The notes below the pieces were generated by a model. The model saw nothing but the letters and a program-made list of their open reading frames with translations. It ran no database searches and was not told the DNA's origin. A stretch of DNA of 63,024 nt, the filler included. It is 11 parts of 11 records of this genome, joined end to end, with 100 filler letters (N's around TTAATTAATTAA, not from the genome) between each part and the next. Parts side by side here need not be neighbours in the genome. Positions count along the whole stretch, not along the records: positions 46,889 to 53,102 come from SRR7504441_8229; positions 53,203 to 56,256 come from SRR7504441_8247; positions 56,357 to 63,024 come from SRR7504441_8248; 8 more parts are not named here. One strand, written 5' to 3'. The translations under genes and the position numbers were made by a program. Positions 47,310-57,118 of the stretch are shown one piece after another. Position 1 is the stretch's first letter. Every line of letters starts with the position of its first letter.

Positions 47310-47579
47310 GCCGGTTATTCCCCCGACCGCCCGACGCCGAGATCTCCGCATTAGGACCCGGGGCGTCTGAACCGATCGGAGGTATGAGGACTGAGGTCTG
47401 TCTCAGGAGGATCACACTGTCCTCACCTTCCTCTAGAGCCACCGAGCCACTGTCAGGTTGTCAGACTAACGGCGCAATCTGTGTTAACGACTTTCGAAAC
47501 GGCAAGCTGTGTCCACGTTTCAAGCTCGGTAAACGCCACACCGGTGCCACGCCTCCGACCTCGGAGCACACCGTGGGCG

Positions 47580-50500
47580 ATGCTAGCGGCGTACCGAACA
47601 GCGGGACGGGCCCAGTTGGCCCGGCTCCGCGCTGTCCAGGGCTGCGCGCGGTGCTTCTCCGACGATCGCAAGTGGCGGCCGGGCCCGGGCTGGGTCTGAC
47701 CACCCGGGGGCAGGCAAGCCTCGCTGGTGCTCAAGAACGGAGTGACGATCAATGGGAAGTCGTTCGGGGCCGAGGAGTCCCGCAGCGGCGAGGTGGGCCT
47801 GGCCGGGCCGGCTGGGCCAGCGCGGGAGGCAGGTTGTGTTTAACACCGGCATGGTGGGCTACCCCGAAAACCTGACCGACCCGTCCTACCGCGGCCAGAT
47901 CTTGGTGCTCACCTACCCGCTGGTCCGCCCTCGACCCCGCCCGGCCGGCCGACCCGCGCTCAGGTGGGCAACTACGGCGTGCCGGACCGGTCGGCTCTGA
48001 TCGAGGGGCTGCCCCGGTTTTTCGAGTCGGAGCGGATACACGTCTCGGGGCTTGTGGTGGCGGACTACTCGGAGTACCACAGCCACTGGGAGTCGAACTC
48101 GTCGCTGGCCGCCTGGCTCCAGGAGGAGGGCATCCCGGCGATTTCAGGCGTCGACACGAGGTGCACGGCTGGCGTGCGCGGCGGCGGAGCTGGCGCAGGA
48201 TGCTGACAAAGATGATCCGGAACGAGGGCGCGCTGCTGGGTAAGATCGAGTTCGACGGGCAGCCGATCACGATAGAGAATCCGATGGAGCGGAACTTGAT
48301 CGCGGAGGTGGCCTGCAGCAGCTGCGATACGAGACTCAGATTCCGGACACAGGTGTCGGTCGACGAGCCCAAAGTGTTTGGTAAGGGCAACCCGCACAAA
48401 GTGGTGGCGATCGACTGCGGCGTTAAGGCCAATATCATTCGCTGCCTGGTGGACCGTGGAGCTGAGGTGGCGCCTGTGCTGACTGGGCCGTCGAGCTGCG
48501 AGACAGGTAACACTCGTGCCGTGGGATTACAAGTACGACATGGCTGACTTCGACGGGCTTTTCATCTCCAACGGCCCGGGCAATCCCGAGATGGCCGCCG
48601 CCACTGTCGACCACCTGCGGTGAGCGCGCCCGGCTGGCTGGCCAGTGGGCTACCATAGCACACAGCACCAGCAGTTGCTGTGGGTTTAAGCGGCCCACTA
48701 GATCAGCCCTCCGCGGGCAGATGCCCGCGGACCCTCTGGTACACATGAGGGATGGGTCTGCCCAGCCAAGGCTGCCCTCTGAGCTGTGAGGGCCGCTTGC
48801 CGAGAGGGCGGAACATGGCCTTAATTAAGCCTGTTCTCAAGCCTCGAGCTGACCAGTGCGGATGCAGCCCAATCCTGGAGGCCGACAACCCCAAGCCGGT
48901 GTTTGGGATCTGCATGGGCAACCAGCTGGTGGCGACTGCCGCGGGCGCTGAGACGTACAAGATGCCGTTCGGGAACCGAGGCCAGAACATCCCCGTGACC
49001 AACGTGGTGAACAAGGAGTGCATCGTCACCCCGCAGAACCACGGGTAGCCCCGACAGCCGGCCGCCCGCTGACGGCGCGACAGGTACGCCGTAGACGCGG
49101 CCAAGCTACCGGCAGGCTGGTCTGAGCTGTTTGTAAATGAGAACGACCAGAGCAATGAAGGAATCATGCATGACACCAAGCCGATCTTCACTGCCCAGTT
49201 CCACCCCGAGGCGCAGGGCGGCCCGGAGGACTCGGAGCCGCTGTTTGACCGGTTCATCGCGATGGTTGAGCAGCAAAAGGCCGGCAAAGTGTTCAGCGGT
49301 CACGACTTTGGCGCCCCACCTGCACGGCTAGACCAAGAGAAGATCGAGAAAGTGCTGATTCTAGGCTCCGGCGGGCTGTCGATCGGGCAAGCTGGCGAGT
49401 TTGACTATTCAGGCTCGCAGGCGCTCCGGCTGGCCGGCTGGGGCTCAGGCTGGTGCAGGCGATCAAGGCACTAAAGGAGGAAGGGATCCAGGTAGTGCTC
49501 ATGAACCCGAATATTGCCTCTGTCCAGACCAACGTGGTGCCCGGCTCCAACCAGCAGGCGGACTCGGTCTACTCGCTGCCGGTGACCACCGAGTTTGTCG
49601 AGGCCGTGGTCAAGAAGGAGAGCCCGGATGCCATCCTGATATCGATGGTGCTCTAGCAAGCTGTTGACTCGCTCAGCCATTGTGTGCAGGGCGGCCAGAC
49701 CGCGCTCAATACCGGAGTGGAGATGTACGAGACTGGGATGCTCGAAAAGTACAACCTGCGGATCCTCGGGACTCAGATTCCGTCAGTGATGGACACCGAG
49801 GTGCCAGCAGGTCTCATGAGCAACGCTGAGAGCCGGGGCAGGACCGGGAGCGCTTCTCGAACAAGCTCAACGAGATCAACGAGAAGATCGCCCAGTCGAC
49901 TGCTGTGACCAACATCCCCGACGCCCAGGTGGGCCGCGCTCTGGCTGCGGGCTGACCGCCGGCAGGTGGCTGCTGCTGAGATTGGATTCCCCGTGATGAT
50001 CCGATCGGCGTACGCGCTCGGAGGTCTTGGCTCAGGGATCTGCGAGGATCCGGCGATGCTCGAGGACATGGGTGCCAAGGCGCTAGCGGTCTCGCCCCAG
50101 ATCCTGGTGGAGAAGTCGATGCTGGGCTGGAAGGAGGTGGAGTACGAGGTGGTCCGGGACGCGTATGACAACTGTGTCACTGTGTGCAACATGGAGAACT
50201 TCGACCCTCTAGGCATCCACACGGGAGACTCAATTGTGGTGGCGCCTTCGCAGACGCTGTCAAACGACGAGTATCACATGCTCCGGACCACCGCGATCAA
50301 TGTGGTGAGGCACCTGGGCATCATTGGCGAGTGCAACATCCAGTATGCACTTGACCCGGAATCCAAGGACTACTGCATTATCGAGGTGCGGCGCCCTAGA
50401 TCACTGCCAGGCTGTACTTGCACAGTTTATCACCAAGCACACCGATCTCATGATGTGGCTTGCTAAACGGCTGTGCCATAGCAGACTAGCGCAGTATATC

Positions 50501-53015
50501 TACGAGCACAGCATGTCATGCTGTGTCTTGCTAAAGATCTGTGCCACACTCGCAGCATCGCCCCAATCCCAGAAGCTGCCCTCTGGTGCGAGTCCTGACT
50601 CGTGTGGATGCTCAGGTGAATCCTCGGCTCTCTAGGTCCTCTGCACTGGCTTCAAAAGCAACTGGCTACCCTCTGGCCTTCATTGCAGCAAAGCTTGCAC
50701 TCGGCAAGCCGCTACCGGAGCTGCGCAACAACGTGACCAAGTCCACCACCGCCTGCTTTGAGCCGTCGCTCGACTATGTGATTACCAAAATACCTAGGTG
50801 GGACCTGAAGAAATTCGGGCACGTCAACACTGAGATCGGCTCTGCAATGAAGAGCGTGGGCGAGGTAATGGCAATCGGGCGGACCTTCGAGGAATCTGTC
50901 CAGAAGGCTTTGCGGATGATTGACCCAGCCTCATGCTCTGGGTTTGAGCCTTCGAACGCGTCGCTCTCGATGAACAACGATGCCGTCCACCGAGAACTCA
51001 CCAAGCCAACCGATCAGCGGATCTTCACGATTGCTCGGCTGCTCTGGAATGGCGAGAAGAGCATTCAAGAGATCCACGACTTGACCAAGATCGATCTCTG
51101 GTACCTGTCCAAGCTGGAGCGGATTGTCAGAGCCGGCAAGGCTGTAGCCGACTGCGCCTCTCTTGAAGAGGTGCAGCAGGACGTGCTGAAGCATGCCAAA
51201 GTGCTTGGTTTCTCTGACCAGCAAATTGCAAACCGGCTCGACGGCGCCTCCGAGCAGGAGGTCCGCCAGTTCCGGAAGGACTTGGGGATCATCCCTGTGG
51301 TGAAGCAGATAGACACGCTGGCGGCCGAGTACCCTGCTCAGACCAACTACCTGTACACCACCTATCAGGGCGAGGAGGACGACGTCGAGTTCGGCTCGTC
51401 AAAGCCGTCCGTGCTGGTGTTGGGCTGTGGTGCGTACCGGATTGGATCCTCGGTAGAGTTTGACTGGTGTGCCGTATCATGCATCCGCACCCTGCGCGAG
51501 CTCAAACGGAATGCAATTATGATTAATTACAACCCTGAGACTGTGAGCACCGACTACGATGAGTGCGACCGGATGTACTTTGAGGAGATCTCGCTCGAGC
51601 GCGTCCAGGACATCTACGAGAAGGAGAACGGCCAGGGCGTGATCGTATCTGTGGGTGGGCAAGTGCCGCAGAACCTGGCTGTGCCGCTCAAGGGTGCTGG
51701 CGTCAATGTTCTCGGGACAGACCCGGACATGATCGACAGCGCTGAGGACCGCGAAAAGTTCTCTGCCCTGATGGACGGGCTGGGCATCGACCAGCCTGCA
51801 TGGGAGGAGCTTTCCTCTCTTCAGTCCGCCTTTGCGTTTGCAGACCGTGTTAGCTATCCGGTGCTGGTCCGCCCATCCTATGTCCTCTCAGGAGCAGCCA
51901 TGAAGGTAGCCAACGATCCCAAGGAGCTCCAGGACTTCCTCGGGAACGCAGCTGCAGTCTCCAAGGATCACCCTGTCGTGATCTCCAAGTTCCTCGAAGG
52001 GTTCGCAGAGGTCGAGATTGACGGTGTTGCTCTGGATGGCGAGATCATTGCTCACGCATGCTCGGAGCACGTAGAGAACGCCGGGGTGCACTCAGGCGAT
52101 GCCACTCTCGTGCTGCCCCCGCACCGCCTGTCTGGGCTGCAGATCCGCAGTGTGCGGGATACAGCTGCAAAGATCACCAAAGAGCTCGAAATCACCGGCC
52201 CATTCAACATCCAGTTCCTATCCAAAGGCCTCGAGCTCAAGGTGATCGAGTGCAACCTGCGGGCTTCGCGGTCTGTGCCTTTTGTGTCCAAGACGGTTGG
52301 GTCTGATTTCATCCGCGCAGCCACGGTGGCGATGATTGGAGAGCACGGCGCTCAAAGCAAGGACCTGCCTGAGCTGCACTCACCCCTGCGCCCGACCAAG
52401 TATTGCGGAATCAAGGTGCCCATGTTCTCATTCACTCGGCTGAGAGGCGCCGATCCGAGGCTGGGTGTCGAGATGGCTTCCACTGGGGAGGTGGCCTGCT
52501 TTGGAGAGACTGTTAATGAGGCTTACCTCAAAGGGCTGATGGCTACCCGGTTCGTGCTGCCTCGTGTGGGCAGCAACGTGTTGGTCTCGCTGCAGCCAAG
52601 TGTGCGGGACAACCTGGTGCACTCCATGTACGACATGCAAGCCAGCGGATTCAACCTTTTCGCCACACAGGACACCCACAAATACTTGACTGAAAATGGA
52701 GTCGACTGCAAGCTGGTCTCGTGGCCAACAAGCCCCGCTGACACGGAACTGATCCAGACTGGCGACTTCGAGCTCGTCATCAACATCCCCGACGAGTTCA
52801 GCGAGCATGCTGTCCAAATGTACTCGATTCGGCGGGCTGCAGTCGATTTCAACGTCCCACTGCTGAACGACGCTGTCAACACCAAGCTATTTATTGAGTC
52901 ACTGCAGATGCACTTGAAGCAACCGATGGTTGCACTTGAACCCAAGACCCTCTTTGACCATTATCTCGAGGAGAGCAATGAAGATGCCTGGACGGCGCCG
53001 CACGAATACCACTAA
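47580..53015 (+). CDS. Mitochondria-targeted carbamoyl-phosphate synthetase, fused small (GATase) + large subunits, 14 exons
   Basis: Arg-rich presequence [115 protein letters not shown] domain. No DHOase/ATCase domains. Confidence 0.95.
48644..48818 (+). ncRNA. Candidate intronic H/ACA-box sno/scaRNA (CPS intron 7)
   Basis: Hairpin AGTGGGC/GCCCACT with inner CACAGCA/TGCTGTG, H box AGATCA (48700-48705), second domain closed by GCCCTC/GAGGGC, ACA at 48813-48815. Confidence 0.55.
50420..50551 (+). ncRNA. Candidate intronic H/ACA-box snoRNA (CPS intron 13)
   Basis: Hairpin GCACAG/CTGTGC, H box ATAGCA (50478-50483), hairpin GCGCAG/CTGTGC with inner CACAGCATG/CATGCTGTG, ACA at 50546-50548. Length 132 nt. 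Confidence 0.7.
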
Positions 53016-53249
53016 CACCGCAATCACGTTGCCTTGCTGATCACACTATGGTCACACTATGGACACAATTATTGAGTTGACGCACTGTCACACAAAATCA
53101 ATNNNNNNNNNNNNNNNNNNNNNNNNNNNNNNNNNNNNNNNNNNNNTTAATTAATTAANNNNNNNNNNNNNNNNNNNNNNNNNNNNNNNNNNNNNNNNNN
53201 NNGCAGGCTCCAGAGCCACGGCGTCCATTAGGTCCACGGCACAGCGCCA

Positions 53250-54403
53250 ATGGACGAGACGCCGGCGCCTGGCCTGGCTCCCCGTGCGGAGGAGTCGCTA
53301 GGCCCTCCGCCGCAGGGGCTGAGCATTGGCGCCTCCGAATTCGTTCCCTCGTGGCAGGGGAAACCTGCCGAGGAGGGGACCGCTGATGTAGACCTGGAGG
53401 CGCCGGCCGAGCTAGGACTGGACGAAGAGGTGCAGCGACTTCAGGCCGAGCTCGACGCCGCCAAGACGCACCAAGCTGTCCTCGAGACATCGCTTGAAGA
53501 CGTCAAGCAGCAGAATGCCAGGTGCCGCCTGCAGCTGCGCGGGCGAGCCGGTAGTCAGCGTCGAGGCTGAGCACAGCACCACCCGCGATGCGATAGATTT
53601 GTGCACCAGAGAGCCGTCACCAGAGGACGTGGTAGATGGCCGGAGGTAGCCTGCTGGATGGCGCGGGCTAGCCTCGGGCGGCAGAGAGTTCAGGCGGCTC
53701 AGCCGGTGTCTCCAGCTCGCGCAAGGCGAACTGGCTCGGGTGGACCGGGCGATCGCAGAGGCGCGGCTGCTCGATCGCACAGCGGCTGATTGGCTGTTGC
53801 AGGAGAAGGTGCGAGTACAGAAACAGGACCAGCGGAGGCACTGGCTGGTGGTTGGGAGTGAGTGGGATCTTGACGGGTGCGCGGCCTGCTTTGGGCGCAG
53901 GCGACGATGGGGCGCAGATGCGAGTGGAAGACACAGTGTGGGCATGAGTGCGTGGCGGGCGATTCTTGGTCAGATGGGCTAGGGTGCAGTTCCACTCAGT
54001 GCTGGACAGGTCAGACTCTTTACTCAAGGCCAGAGCGGAGTTGAAGGAGGCTTTAGCCAAGATTGACGTACAGCACATTGGCTTAAGGGAGGGGAAGCGG
54101 CACTTCAGGCTAAAGAAGCTGCACACTGAAATGCAGGAAATCAAGAGGCGTTTAAAAGCTCTGTCAGCGGAGAGGACTGTGCTGACATCTTCAATCTCTA
54201 GAGGATGGAACACCATCACTGAGCTGCAAAAGCAACTAGAGCACGCATTGCGACGACAGGATAGACAGAATACGCACATGCAGTGGTATACACAAAATAC
54301 TCAGCTGCAGCCGATGTGTCCTTGGGCGCACGATAACCAAGGGTGGGAGGCATACGGGTGGGGGGCACCCGACACGGCACCCATATATAAGTACATTTAT
54401 TAG
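53250..54403 (+). CDS. PAM2-motif coiled-coil hypothetical protein (spliced)
   Basis: LSIGASEFVPSW resembles the PABP-interacting PAM2 motif. Downstream coiled-coil exons are joined by short introns. Confidence 0.5.
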
Positions 54404-54636
54404 AAATTCGGAGCCCTAAGGCCCACATAACTTAACAGGTGGGGGGGGGGCACCCACTTAATAAAATTCAGCATTTTAATAGAATCAAGTCGGGCAGTAC
54501 GGGCAGTACTGCGCATGCGTACGCATCGTACGGGATTTGGTTGGGAACTTCGGGATTTGGTTGGACCAGCGAGTCATGCGGTGCGATCGACCCAAAGAAG
54601 CTTCAGTGTACATGACTTTGTAGGCTAACGTTATAA

Positions 54637-55967
54637 TTAGACCCAATTAACCCGAAGCCAATTAAAGATTGACTCATAGCTACAAAAGATAATTCCTTGA
54701 CCTGGTACCACTCGCATCAGCCTGGGTAATAGGCCCTTCCATAGTGACAACACGCCTTCTTGTGTGACCATGGAGGAGGCACAATGAAACATCGACTTGT
54801 ACCGTCCCGCATCCATCCCCTGCATCCGAGTCTTCACTGTGTCGAATGGAGTGTTGCCCATTGCCCCCAGGCATCCTGCAGTCATCCCGCCCACCAGGGC
54901 CTCCACAACAGATAGCTCGTACTCTGGCCGGTTGCCGATAACAAACCGCTTGTACTCATTGAATATCAAAAACCGGAGCGCCTAGGTCATCAAAAGTTAG
55001 CTCTCACTCAGTGGCTCTACGGACCTGGTTGCTGCAGCTCTTGGCCATTGTGGGCAGCAGACCCCGGTACAGTCCCATCACCCCGTCCTGCTTGATCACG
55101 TGCCGCACCCCGTCCCCGAGGCCCTTTCCGCTGTCAATCAGCCGAGTCTTGATAGTCTCCATCGGCGTGACAACAATCAGAGACTCGAGGCAGCCTGCCA
55201 GAGCGAATAAACCCGCACCCAGGCCTCCGGGGTGCACCCGCGCTGATGCCAGCCAGCAGTCCACTGAACCGGCCCACCTTGCCAGTCTCTGGGTCACGAA
55301 ACATGTTATTCATCACATCGAGTGACCCGAACCGCAGCAGCCCTTGTATGGGTGCGCCGATCAGCAGCGGTGCCAGCCCGCGGTAGATCCCAAGCCCCTT
55401 CTGGCCCATGTGCTGCAATATCCGGAAGTCCGCGTTGCCCCGATTGAGCTGCAGCTGCGTCTTGGCGTATTCTGACGGCCACACCTGCGCGCCGGTCACC
55501 CGCAGACACATCCCGCAGCGCACCAGCGTGATCTCGAGGCCCGCCGACAGGAAGCCCGCGATCGGGGCGGTGAGCCGCTTCCGGAGCTCCCGGTAGGTCG
55601 GCTTGGCGTCACGGCTGCCGTCGTATTTGTACACCTCTCTGTCCCTTTTGGGGTCGCGCTTTCCGGTCCACACCGCGGCTGGGGCGGCAGCATCGATACC
55701 CGAGAACGCTGACTTTGGCATCTTCCGCACCCGAGAGAAGGTCTGCAGCGGCCGGAGCGGCTGGCCCTTGTCCGCACTGGCCATCTGCTGGTCCCATTGG
55801 GTGAGCAGCGAGCTGCGCTCCTCGTCGCTTCTCTGGAGCTCGTCGTGGAGCTCATTGATCTGGGCCTCGGTGGCAGCTCGCTGCGAGGCCGCCTCAGTGC
55901 GCAATCGGGCCACCTCGGCCCGCAGCTTGGCAATCTCCTCATCCTTAGATGAGTCAGAGCCCGGCAT
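54637..55967 (-). CDS. Mitochondrial carrier (SLC25), citrate/tricarboxylate carrier-like, with N-terminal coiled-coil extension
   Basis: Three PxExxKTxLQ-type signatures: WPSEYAKTQLQL, TPMETIKTRLI and TPFDTVKTRMQG. LWKGLLPRLMRV resembles SLC25A1/Ctp1. Confidence 0.85.
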
Positions 55968-56356
55968 AAGGAGCGACCCTGCCCGAATCGAACAGACTTT
56001 GGCAGACGAAGCAGACGAAGTCCGTGAAACACCGACTTTGATTGATCAGACTCATTCAGAGATCTAGATGAGTGCTCATGATGCCGCTCACGCGCTCTTA
56101 CGCTCTTAATTGATTAACGCGCTCTACCAAGTACACGAGCTCACTTAAGTCTTTATACGTCTGTACGCTCCGCTACTGGACGCGTGCCGCTTCGAGGTCG
56201 AGACCGGTTGTCATGACTCATGACTTGTAGAAGAACTAAACCCCATGTGTGTGTGANNNNNNNNNNNNNNNNNNNNNNNNNNNNNNNNNNNNNNNNNNNN
56301 TTAATTAATTAANNNNNNNNNNNNNNNNNNNNNNNNNNNNNNNNNNNNNNNNNNNN

Positions 56357-56875
56357 GAGCAAAAGGTGGCGGGCTGTCGGAGCTGGCCAGCAAAAGGTAG
56401 CGGGTTGCTCTGCCACTTTGAGCTGTGGGGCTGGTGGTGGGGCCTGCCGTGGTCCAAGCGCTTCTCTATGCGGCCGACAGTGGACGGCGGGTTTCAAGCT
56501 TCACTCGATTCCGGCGGCTGGCGACTGCCGGACTGGTTGCAGTTCCGAGGCGGTGGTGGGTTTAGTCTGAAGCCTTTGGAGGGCGGGTGGACTGAAATCA
56601 GCCACTCTGAGCGGTATGGCTGGCCGGTGGTGTTTCCGCTCATAACCCTGCTCCACCGGCCGTGGAACGCATGGCATTTACGCGGGATGCAAGTCGAGAT
56701 GGGCGTGATTGCGGCTCAAGTGGAAGCGTATCATCAGTCGGGCCAAGCGCAGCCACTGGTGAGCGAGGCTGGATGGGCCGAGTGGAAGTACTCAGCCGTT
56801 GAATTCGTGGGGGAGCTGCTGTCATCTAAGCGTGTTTCCCACCCGCTGCTGGCTACCGCTACAACCGGAGGGTGA
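56357..56875 (+). CDS. Hypothetical protein, 5' truncated (possibly START/SRPBCC-like fold)
   Basis: Open frame from the contig edge; beta-strand-rich core followed by a C-terminal helix (GMQVEMGVIAAQVEAY). Confidence 0.4.
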   Translation, partial: EQKVAGCRSWPAKGSGLLCHFELWGWWWGLPWSKRFSMRPTVDGGFQASLDSGGWRLPDWLQFRGGGGFSLKPLEGGWTEISHSERYGWPVVFPLITLLHRPWNAWHLRGMQVEMGVIAAQVEAYHQSGQAQPLVSEAGWAEWKYSAVEFVGELLSSKRVSHPLLATATTGG

Positions 56876-57118
56876 TCGTCGATGTGCGTCATTAAGATAA
56901 ATAAATCCGCCGCCAGGCGACTACCGTAGGTGAGCCTCGCATGCAGCGCGGAGCAATACGCCTTCCTTCTACCTTCCTTCTAGTTCAAATGATGTTACCG
57001 CCGTGGTTCGGGCTCGTGGGCCCGCCTTAAATCGGCGATAGGTGACAATCTAGCATAATTGTGATTTACTTTCGGCTTCTCGAGTGATAGGGATTAATCA
57101 ACAATGTGGGCCTAGGTT

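Noticed and set aside
47672-49965. Short introns as Introner-type mobile elements
   Set aside because: They share length but no recognisable sequence similarity or terminal repeats.
47580-50615. In-frame stops and frame changes suggesting an alternative genetic code, selenocysteine or pseudogenes
   Set aside because: All are removed by short GT/GC-AG introns that restore conserved motifs; long exons use the standard code.
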